DNA from: Terriglobia bacterium
Lineage (GTDB): Bacteria > Acidobacteriota > Terriglobia > Acidiferrales > UBA7541
Length of the DNA stretch: 64,000 nt
Reading direction: 5' to 3'
Assembly (NCBI GenBank): GCA_963695545.1
Contig: OY968796.1
Location: 1,152,001-1,216,000 of the forward strand
Below, one piece after another: positions 51,627 through 59,990 of the stretch (within the stretch, counting starts at the first letter, position 1; each line of letters begins with the position of its first letter). The notes under the pieces are model-generated. The model was not told where the DNA came from and did not search any database. It was given only the letters and a program-made list of their open reading frames with translations. The position numbers and the translations under genes were made by a program.

Positions 51627-52754
51627 CTACTGCTGTGGCGGAGGCGCTTCGGAGGGAGGCTGAGAATCGGGCGGAGGCGCGCCAGGGGCGGGCGGCGCAG
51701 CGGGCGTGGCGGTGATTTCGGGAAGGCGGCCGGCGGATTCGATGACTTGCTGCGCGAGATAATTTTCAACCTTAGCTTCATCGCGCGCTTCGGTGAGATA
51801 GGCGGTGCGCAGCAATTGCTCTTTGCGCGTGCGCAGGGCGTCGCGAATGGTTTGCTGTACGGATGGATCGTTCAGATCGCGCTGGCCGGGCGCTTCCTTG
51901 GAGATGAGCTTCAGGATGCGGTAGGAATCCGGGAGGACGATGACGTCACTGATCTCGCCGGGCTTAAGCGCCATTACTGCTTTTTTAAGCGCGGGATTGC
52001 TTTGGCCCAGCGAGGATTCCGGAACGTAACCGAGGTCGCCGCCGGAGCCGGCAGTCTGCGGATCTTCGGAATAATCCATGGCCAATTCCGAAAAATCCGC
52101 GCCGCTTTTCAGTTGCTGCATGAGCATGGCGACTTTGCGGCGAGCCTCAGCGTCGGTGGTGGCGTCGTCGTTCTTGCGATTGCGCACTTCGGGATCCTTG
52201 TGCGGCGTGACCACGATTTGCGCGAGGCGGTATTGGGTTTCCGCAACGTTGAACTGCTGGCGGTTCTCATTATAGAAGTCGGTGACGTCCTGATCGGTGA
52301 TGGTGACTTTGGAATTGACTTCGGCGTTGATGAGCTTCTGGATGGAGAGCTCGCGGCGAATATCTTTTTTGAGGTCGTCAACGGTGACGCCGCGCGCCTG
52401 CAACTGGCGTTGAAATTCATCGTCGGTGTAAGGACTCTTGAATTCGGTGAATTTATCCTCGACATCTCCATCGGAAGCGGACAGGCCGAGTTTCTGGGCG
52501 CGCTCGAGCAGAATTTCGTTGTTGATGAGGTCGTCGAGGATATTGAGCATGAGCGAGAGCGCTTCTTCGTGGGAGGGCATTTGCGCTTCGGGATTGACCC
52601 GCGTGCGGTAATACTGCTCGACCTCGCTGCGCTGAATCTGCGTGCCATTCACTTCGGCCCACACGTCGGGCGAAGGAGCTTCGCCCTTGCGACAGCCGCC
52701 CGCCCAGGCCACGGTCGCCACGATCAGTGCTGCCGAAATCAGCCGCTTTTGCAT
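51627..52754 (-). CDS. SurA/PrsA-like peptidylprolyl isomerase (lipoprotein)
   Basis: AGGC lipobox-like, AEVNG, FSELAMDYSED, GGDLG, LKPGEIS. Confidence 0.88.
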   Translation of the reverse strand: MQKRLISAALIVATVAWAGGCRKGEAPSPDVWAEVNGTQIQRSEVEQYYRTRVNPEAQMPSHEEALSLMLNILDDLINNEILLERAQKLGLSASDGDVEDKFTEFKSPYTDDEFQRQLQARGVTVDDLKKDIRRELSIQKLINAEVNSKVTITDQDVTDFYNENRQQFNVAETQYRLAQIVVTPHKDPEVRNRKNDDATTDAEARRKVAMLMQQLKSGADFSELAMDYSEDPQTAGSGGDLGYVPESSLGQSNPALKKAVMALKPGEISDVIVLPDSYRILKLISKEAPGQRDLNDPSVQQTIRDALRTRKEQLLRTAYLTEARDEAKVENYLAQQVIESAGRLPEITATPAAPPAPGAPPPDSQPPSEAPPPQQ

Positions 52755-52821
52755 CTCGCCTCGTTGAAGCAATGCGCTCCGCGCAGCCGATTAAAGCAAT
52801 GCGCTCCGCGCAGGCCGGTGC

Positions 52822-53013
52822 CTACGCCGCTTTGACGACTTTCCCGTCGCGCAGACACGATGTGCATACGCGCACTTGCTTGCGCACGCCGGAGACCACG
52901 GCGCGAACGCGCTTGAGATTGGGAATCCAGCGGCGACGCCGGGCATTATTGGCGTGGCTGATCACATTTCCATACTGCGGAGATTTTCCGCAAATTTCGC
53001 ATTTCTGCGCCAT
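52822..53013 (-). CDS. rpmB: 50S ribosomal protein L28 (Zn-binding form)
   Basis: CEICGK, GNVISHA, RRWIPNL, CTSC. Confidence 0.96.
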   Translation of the reverse strand: MAQKCEICGKSPQYGNVISHANNARRRRWIPNLKRVRAVVSGVRKQVRVCTSCLRDGKVVKAA

Positions 53014-53220
53014 GTCTGCTCCTTACAGTGTTTCCAGTACGCGTTTCAACAGCCACTAAAACCTACAAAGTATAGCAACGAACGTCACGCCAGCCTAGAA
53101 CGCGGTTTTGGGAAGAGCGATAGGCGGGGGCGATTGTGGCCATGCGCTCCGCGCAGTTGATTAAAGCAATGGGCTGCGCGCGGACCGGGGCCGAATGCTC
53201 GGAACGATCGGACCGTGACC

Positions 53221-53397
53221 GAAAATCGTGTGCGGGTGAGCGGACGGGAGGTGTTGTTCGAGGTTCATACTCAATGGTAGCACGAACGACAATACGATGT
53301 CAATATTACCTATGGGTCATTATTCGAATACAATTGGTGTGGGGCATAGCGAAATGATTTAGTGTGAGATTTGCAGGGTCTTGGTCCTCCGTCTTCT
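53221..53397 (-). repeat. 177-bp promoter-containing element, copy 2
   Basis: Minus strand TTGACA(53303)-18 nt-TACCAT, ATG at 53268; about 143/177 identical to copy 1. Confidence 0.9.
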
Positions 53398-53444
53398 AAC
53401 GATTGCGGTACGGGCGAGATGAGCCGCGACGGTCGAAATATCAG

Positions 53445-53513
53445 AAAACGTCCCGTCTGTCCCCGATGATCCGTCTGTCCCCGATGATCGTCCCCGATGA
53501 TCCCGATGATCCC
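53445..53513. repeat. Decaying tandem repeat (CCGTCTGTCCCCGATGAT)
   Basis: Units of 18, 18, 13 and 9 nt at 53453-53510. Confidence 0.85.
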
Positions 53514-53517
53514 AATC

Positions 53518-53844
53518 TCACCACAGGGGCGGAACACCCGGCTTGTACCAAGGATTGACTTGCCAGAAATGGACGAGTTGCACCGCGCCGATTGCGATTA
53601 GCGAAAGGCCAAGCGCCAGAAAAACGATGCTCGCAATGCCCAGGCGGCCATGAGGATAAGTTCGTTTATATTCTCGAACGAGCGTGAGTGCCTTCACAGG
53701 GATAAACGCATATGTGACCTGTTGGTCAGTCGAAAGTTTTCGGTTTATCTTTCCGATCATCACGTACAGAATCCGCAAGCAGATGCCCACTGCGCTCAAA
53801 CCAACGCAGAAAATTACGGCCGGAACGAACGGAAAAGTTATCAT
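53518..53844 (-). CDS. Small 2-TM protein, candidate RHS immunity paralog 2
   Basis: LYVMIGKIN, REYKRTYPHGRL, HFWQVNP. Confidence 0.7.
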   Translation of the reverse strand: MITFPFVPAVIFCVGLSAVGICLRILYVMIGKINRKLSTDQQVTYAFIPVKALTLVREYKRTYPHGRLGIASIVFLALGLSLIAIGAVQLVHFWQVNPWYKPGVPPLW

Positions 53845-54026
53845 TGCTCCACCCCTTCGGTATTCCACTGTGCCAGCGCGCTAAATTCGGCGGTCCGACG
53901 CTGGCTAGGGTCGGGCGTTCCGCGGGTTTGGCCGCGTCCCCTTTTAATTACCACTTTTCAAAGTCGGCGTCGGCAGCGCTAGTTTCCCGACATCGAACCT
54001 TAAACGCGCGCCCTGCCCTGGAAACC

Positions 54027-54365
54027 TCACCAGGGAGAAGGCCAAGGGGCTGGCCAATAGCTGGGGTTGGCCTGCCAGAAATGGATCAGGCGTACCGCCG
54101 CGACCAAAATTAACAGAATGCCAAATGCAAGGGCAGCGATACGCACGGCATTGAGGCGGCTGTGGGGGTACAGCCGTCTGAACTCTCGGTTGATCCTAAT
54201 CATCTTTGGGAAATGGAAGACCACGTATCCGATCTGCTGCTGGTCCGGGAGTCGTTGGTTTATCTTGCCGACGACCACATACAGCATCAGGGTCGAAATA
54301 TTTATCATTGCAGTGCCCAACGCGATCAAGACCACCGCATCAACCGGTGCAGTTATCATGGACAT
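54027..54365 (-). CDS. Small 2-TM protein, candidate cognate RHS immunity protein
   Basis: Start overlaps the RHS stop; LYVVVGKIN, REFRRLYPHSRL, HFWQANP. Confidence 0.72.
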   Translation of the reverse strand: MSMITAPVDAVVLIALGTAMINISTLMLYVVVGKINQRLPDQQQIGYVVFHFPKMIRINREFRRLYPHSRLNAVRIAALAFGILLILVAAVRLIHFWQANPSYWPAPWPSPW

Positions 54366-56180
54366 GCGGCTTGTCTCGCATAGTAGAGAACGGGGTCAAA
54401 CGGTGCCAACGCGAGGGCGCCTGCACGGCCCATACTGTGCTGCTTTGCTGTCTTGGTGCCCGCGATCGCCGCTCCCGGGTTGCCCGCAAGCGAAGCCCCG
54501 TAGACACGAGCAGTTTTTCCAAACGATGCAAATCCCCCAACTCCTTCGGCAGAGGCAGAGGCGGTAGCAAAAGGTCCCGAATAGCCGCTATTGTCGGATC
54601 CCAGGTCACCGTAGATGAAACCCGAGGAAACTGACGCGCCCTCTCCCCCGCCTTGTCCGCCTCCAGTCCAAGATAAGGTTACGTTGCCGTTGTTATAGTT
54701 GACGACGGTCGAAACGCTGCCAGTAAGCCCGAGCCCGCCAGGGAAATTTACCGTCAGACTCGTCGCGCGACCCTGAGGAAGCGCCGAACAGACCTTCGCG
54801 GCGACTTGGCGGAAGAATCCAGGCGATTGCGGTGATTGGAAATTTCTGTATATCTCTTGGCAAAGGAAGCTCGACATGTCGCACACGAATGTGTCAAACA
54901 ACGGGGGAGGGGGAGGGCATGGCGTATCTCCGCAGCCGTGAGGCGCACGCCGTTGCGCCGCCCATTGTGGGTCGCCGCCGGTAAGTACTTGGCCGCCGTC
55001 GGAACTGCAGTCTGACGGCTCCTCGTCATCGGTAATACTGTCAGCGGGGCTGGCTTGCCTGTCGCGTCCAATCGTGTAGAGGCATCCGTCAGGACTTAGT
55101 CCGCTCGGATCGGTTAGGGTGACTGGGTTGTTGCGCACGTACGTATAGAGATTCAACTGCTGTGGATCCGTTGGATCGGCCTGGGAAATTCCGGATGGGT
55201 CCGGGGACATAAAGCGGGCTCCGGAGAAAGTGTAGAAGCGCGCGTCGAAGTTGTAGAGGTTGGATTCGGTGTCGAATTCCTTGTGGGTAAATTTGTAGTT
55301 ATTGGTGCTGGTCTCGGTGGCGACGTAACACTCGTTGCCGTAGGGACAGTAGTCGATATCTTCGAGGGTGTTGCCGCTCGAATCGGTCAGGATGCGGGTC
55401 GAGTCGAGATCGTCGGCGAAGTAATATTCGACGTCGCCGGAGGAGGAGGCGTCGCGGCGGGCGATGCGTGAGCCGTTCAGGAAGACGTACTCGTGGAAGG
55501 CGCTGTCGGTGGTGCTGCCAGTTCCGTCAGTCTCTTCAAGCGCGTCGGTGCCGGTTCCGTACCAATAGAGCTCGTAAAAGGGAGGGTCGGTAGCCATGTA
55601 CTTCTCGACGCGCTTGCCATCGCCGTCGTAAAAGTAGTTCACGCCAGCGGTGGAGGTCAACTCGTTTTCGGCATTGTAGGTGTACGTGGGAGACGTCGGC
55701 GGACAAGGCGAACTCGTCTCCGCAAGCAGATTGCCCGCGGCGTCGTAGCAGTAGCCGGAGATCTGATTCTGGGCGGTGGCTGCCATAGAGGCGGAGGACT
55801 CCTCGAACGGCAGGCTCTCGTAGGACTGGAATTGAGTCAAATTGCCCCAGGGGTCAATCTGGTAGGACTCGCCCCAAGCTCCGCTAGCGGCAGACGCGAT
55901 CCGATTCAGCGGATCATAAGCAAACGTTTCCGATCGCGATGAGGTGACGCCATTTGCGATATGCGTGATGTTCCCATTGTTGCCGGTATGGGGACTGGAA
56001 GGGCACGCGCCGCCGGACAGCGGATAGTAACAATAAGTGAGATTGAGTTCCGCGCTGCCCGTGGAATACGCCAGGATCGAGGACGGCTGGAGTCGAGGAT
56101 TGTACGAAGCGTCGAGATTGATGCCCGTGAATGAGCCGCCTTCGCCCATGAGCGCCGACGTTAGCGCACCGGCGGGATTG
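54356..56180 (-). pseudogene. RHS repeat protein, C-terminal part (RHS core plus toxin tip)
   Basis: YDPLNR, YDAAGN, YDGDGKR, KFTHKEFD, FMSPDP, NLYTYVRNNP, DPSGL followed by a variable Gly-rich tip. Confidence 0.9.
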
Positions 56181-56220
56181 TGACCAGCCCGAGTTTTTGT
56201 ACCACGGTGAATGAGAGAGT

Positions 56221-57063
56221 CTACATCACAGCCGTCGACGGCGAACCGAGAATTGGCGGCACCAAGGGGCTACAGGCCACCGGCGCCGGTGGCCTGTAGC
56301 CCAGCGCTGAGTGCGGACGCAGCGTGTTGTACACCATCCGCCATTTCTCGATCACGATCTGCGCTTCCTTCAGCGAGTAAAAAATCTCTCCGTTCAAACA
56401 TTCATCGCGCAATTTCCCGTTGAAGCTTTCGCAGTAGCCATTCTCCCAAGGGCTTCCCGGTTCGATGTACAGCGTCCCCGTTCCCACCTTCGCCAGCCAA
56501 CTCCTCAGCTCCTTGGCCACGAACTCCGGGCCGTTGTCCGAGCGAATATGTTCCGGAATTCCCCGGTAAAGCATCACGTCCGCCAGCGCTTCGATCACTT
56601 CGTATCTCCCCAGCCTTCTCGCCACGCGGATCGCCAGGCACTCCCGCGTGTATTCGTCGATCAGCGTCAGCATTCGCAGTGTTCGGCCGTCGTGGGTCAT
56701 CGCGCTCACGAAATCGTAGCTCCACACATGGTTGGCTCGTTCCGGCCGGAGACGAACACACGATCCGTCGTTCAACCACAGCCTTCCTCGCGGCCTTTGT
56801 CCCTGCGGCACTTTCAGCCCTTCGCGCCGCCAGATCCGCTGCACCCGATCCTTGCCCACATACCAGCCCCGTGCTTGCAACAGCGCCGTGATCCTCCGAT
56901 AGCCGAAGCGCCCGTACTCGCTGGCCAGCGCCACGATGTCTCGCGTCAGCGCGTCTTCATCCGTTCGGTGGATCACCTCGTAGCGTTGTGTCCCTCTCCA
57001 CTGCCCCAGCAACCGGCAGGCATGCCGCTCTGATACTTGGTAGCTCTCGCGTGCATGCTCCAC
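56221..57063 (-). CDS. IS3 transposase OrfB (DDE)
   Basis: FGYRRI, WSYDF, IDEYTRE, SDNGPEF, PWENGYCESFN, RPHSALGY. Confidence 0.93.
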   Translation of the reverse strand: MEHARESYQVSERHACRLLGQWRGTQRYEVIHRTDEDALTRDIVALASEYGRFGYRRITALLQARGWYVGKDRVQRIWRREGLKVPQGQRPRGRLWLNDGSCVRLRPERANHVWSYDFVSAMTHDGRTLRMLTLIDEYTRECLAIRVARRLGRYEVIEALADVMLYRGIPEHIRSDNGPEFVAKELRSWLAKVGTGTLYIEPGSPWENGYCESFNGKLRDECLNGEIFYSLKEAQIVIEKWRMVYNTLRPHSALGYRPPAPVACSPLVPPILGSPSTAVM

Positions 57064-57086
57064 CGCGCTACGTCGCCGCTCAGGGC

Positions 57087-57365
57087 TTAGAAGTTTCCCT
57101 CTGCCACATCCTTCAGAATTTGCTTCTCCAACGAAAGCTCCGCCACCAACCGTTTCAGCTTGGCGTTTTCCCGCTCCAACTCTTTGAGGCGTTTCGCTTG
57201 ATCCAACTTCAGGCCGCCGTATTCCTTCCGCCAGCGGTAGTAGGTCTGCGCGGTGATCTCGGCTTCCTTGCAGGCTTGTGGGGTGCTCTTTCCGTTGGCG
57301 ATTTCAACTTCAACTTGCCGCAGCAGCGTGACGATCTGCTCCGGCTTGTATCTCCTCATCGGCAT
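57087..57365 (-). CDS. IS3 transposase OrfA (HTH), probably fused to OrfB by -1 frameshift
   Basis: QTYYRWRKEYGG, LKELERENAKLK; junction GAGGGAAACTTCTAAGCCC. Confidence 0.92.
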   Translation of the reverse strand: MPMRRYKPEQIVTLLRQVEVEIANGKSTPQACKEAEITAQTYYRWRKEYGGLKLDQAKRLKELERENAKLKRLVAELSLEKQILKDVAEGNF

Positions 57366-57430
57366 ACCAGCTTCCCTCCAGAGTGAATTCTCTCTCACTC
57401 CCGCTGGTACAAAAAACCCCGGTCAGGTCA

Positions 57431-59229
57431 GTGATGAAGGTTCCCGACGAGACCATTCTGCTGACGCCGGTCAGATTTCCTCGCACGGTTTGGGATGCCG
57501 AATAGTTGGAATCGTCGTGGTTCGTCGCGCCGGTCTGGGAGGACAGTGAGGTAGCGTCGTAGGAAAAGTTCGTCTGCGCAATCATAGTTCCCCTGCTCGA
57601 TCCGCTGCCACGATACACACTGATGGACGATGGGAGGTCTAAGATATGCTGATTCTCGTACGTGCTGGTTTGGACGTAACTCACGTCGGTTTCCCGAAGG
57701 AGGTTGCCGTTGAAATCGTAGACCTGGACCAAATCGGGGAGGTACGCGTAGCCCGTATACCCGTATTTGCTTGTGGATGACATTCCGTTTCCTATCGATG
57801 TCGTGACCGATTCCACGTCTTGGAGGTCATCCTCGACATACGTGGCGCTTCTTAGCAGAGTTCCAGAGGACGAGCCCGCGTAGAAGTTCGCCACATACTG
57901 GGTCAATATAAAGTAGTCCGCGGGGCAGTAATGATACGTGAAAGCGTAGGTTGATTGGTTCTCGGTGCCGCTTTCATCGGCCGGGTCCGTAACCGTCAGT
58001 GCGGCATTTCCCAGCGACGGATCGCCCCCCTGACAGGAAATCGCTGACCAGTTGAACCCCCACGTGGCCCCTTGCTCGGTAAGCGTTGCCAGCTTTAGGT
58101 CGCCGACGAAAAAACCGTCCCCGTTGGGTGGATTGACGACTTGGTAGGTGAACCCCACCTCGCCGCCCGTGGGCAACGTCATGCTGGTCATTTGCCCATA
58201 GTCTCCTGGACTCGTTCCCCCGTCGTAGCCGAATTGATAGCTTCTGCCGTCGGGTAGAGTGATGCTTTGTACGACCATCATCGGGCCTGTGAACTGAGTG
58301 GTGCCGTTAAAGCCGCCAACCCAGGCGGGGAAATTGGTGCTTACCTGGATGGTTTCCATCTGAATTGTGGCTCCGCCATAACTGTAGGTAGGCGAGGAAC
58401 TCGAGCAATTGGCGGTGCATTGCATATTCGGAATTTGCCGCCCAAGTTCGTCTTGAAGGTTGCTCGTGCCTGGAAAATAAAAATTGCCGTTGGAATCCTC
58501 GACGTTGCCAGAGCAGGCGTACTCGTATTGCGTACTCCCGGTGTAGCTGGCCGCGCTGCTGGTACACACGGATGCTCCGTGCTTATCCCAAATCTGTGCG
58601 GTCATCGAGGTAGCGCTTATGGTGACGGATATCTGGTAGCCGCTCGAATCCTGCGCGTAACCGGGCGTGACCTGGTTCGCGTAACCGCAGGCTGGCATCG
58701 AGTTGTCAAGGGTGCCGAGCCCAAACTGATGCTCTGTCCCGCTCGGGTCGATGTATACGAAATTTTGCCACGATTGGTATGACCAAGGGGAAGACCCATT
58801 GCCGCATTGCACGGATGAGCCTTCGCTAGTAGTGGACCCGAACATGCCGACAGGGCTGCCGGTAAATCGCCAGCCGGCGGTTGAATTGTCCGGAGTAGCG
58901 TCGTTCCACACGTAATTGTAGCCTTCGCCGGTGGGGTACGAAGATATCGAGTAGAACTGGCTGTCATAGGTCATCCCCAGATTGACAGTCTGTCCGTTTC
59001 GTTGCTTGTAGCTGAGAAGGGGGAACGCCAAGTGGACGTTCCCGTTCTCCAAATTGACCTCGCCCATGGGAATCTGCATGGAGGGGCGACTCGGCGGCGT
59101 CGGTCCAAGGCGCATCATGATGTCGTCGTCGTCGTTCTGTGCGACGAGCGGTAAGCAAAAAGCAACAAGAAGGAGCGCGCAGATTGAAGAAATACAGAAG
59201 ATCACGGCAGACGGGGTGCGCATGAGCAT
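57431..59229 (-). pseudogene. RHS repeat protein, N-terminal part with Sec signal peptide
   Basis: Signal peptide, VNLENGNVH, TYDS, TLPDGRSY, TLPTGG, RGNLT; cut by IS3. Confidence 0.85.
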
Positions 59230-59321
59230 TCCCTCCGCAGGGCTTCGAGATGTGGTTGTCGCCGCGCCACGAAACATTTCACGGCGCCATGATTCTCTTA
59301 TTTCTATAAAGTGTAGTCGCG

Positions 59322-59537
59322 TTACGTGTCAAGGAGAATTATGGCGTCAGCGATAGGTCCATCGGACAGCAACACTTCGCGGAGTGGGGAAAGGCGGGCT
59401 TCGGCGAGGGGCAGGCCGGAGGCGACCAATTTTTGGACGTGCTGATCGAAGTGGAAGCGGAGCTCGGCGTCGAGTTCGGTTTCGACGGCGTTGCGTCGGA
59501 ACAGGGAGCGCAGGCGAATCCAGAGATCGTTGAGCAT
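59322..59537 (-). pseudogene. Truncated acidobacterial ADOP-type ABC permease (permease prefix domain only)
   Basis: RLRSLFRR...ELDAELRFHFD...GL-x3-EAR then abrupt loss of similarity; directly follows PadR. Confidence 0.8.
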
Positions 59538-59544
59538 GGGACTC

Positions 59545-59889
59545 CTACGCGGTTTCCAATACTTGGGCCACGGCGGCCGCCAGTTTCTTCCATTCGCTTT
59601 TTTCGGTTTCGAGCTGTTTGCGGCCGGTTTTGGTGAGTTCGTAGAATTTCGCGCGGCGATTGTTTTCGGAGGCTCCCCAGCGGGCTTTGATCCAGCCGCG
59701 GCGTTCGAGGCGATGGAGCGCTGGATATAAGGAGCCTTGCTGGATCTGGAGAACGTGGCTCGAGACCTGGTGGATGCGCTCGGAGATGGCCCAGCCGTGC
59801 TCGGGACCGAGCGCGAGGGTGCGGAGGATGAGCAGGTCGAGGGTGCCCTGCGGAAGATCGATGCGTTGATCGGTTGGGCGTTCCGGCAA
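59545..59889 (-). CDS. PadR family transcriptional regulator (acidobacterial type)
   Basis: [34 protein letters not shown]. Confidence 0.92.
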   Translation of the reverse strand: MPERPTDQRIDLPQGTLDLLILRTLALGPEHGWAISERIHQVSSHVLQIQQGSLYPALHRLERRGWIKARWGASENNRRAKFYELTKTGRKQLETEKSEWKKLAAAVAQVLETA

Positions 59890-59990
59890 GAATGTCCCCT
59901 GATACTTCTACAGGAGTATACGCCATCTCTTGTCGAAGTGCAAGAGGAAAAGCCGGCTCGTTAGGAATCGGCGGCGCGGCGTGCGTTCGG

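Larger units (their letters stand above)
56181..57430 (-). mobile_element. IS3-family insertion sequence (IS407-group-like)
   Basis: TG...CA ends; TIRs TGACCagcccgagTTTTTGTACCA / TGGTACAAAAAAccccggtcaGGTCA; orfA/orfB. Confidence 0.93.

Noticed and set aside
53445..53513. Possible CRISPR array
   Set aside because: The units are adjacent with no unique spacers and are too short; no cas genes are in the window.
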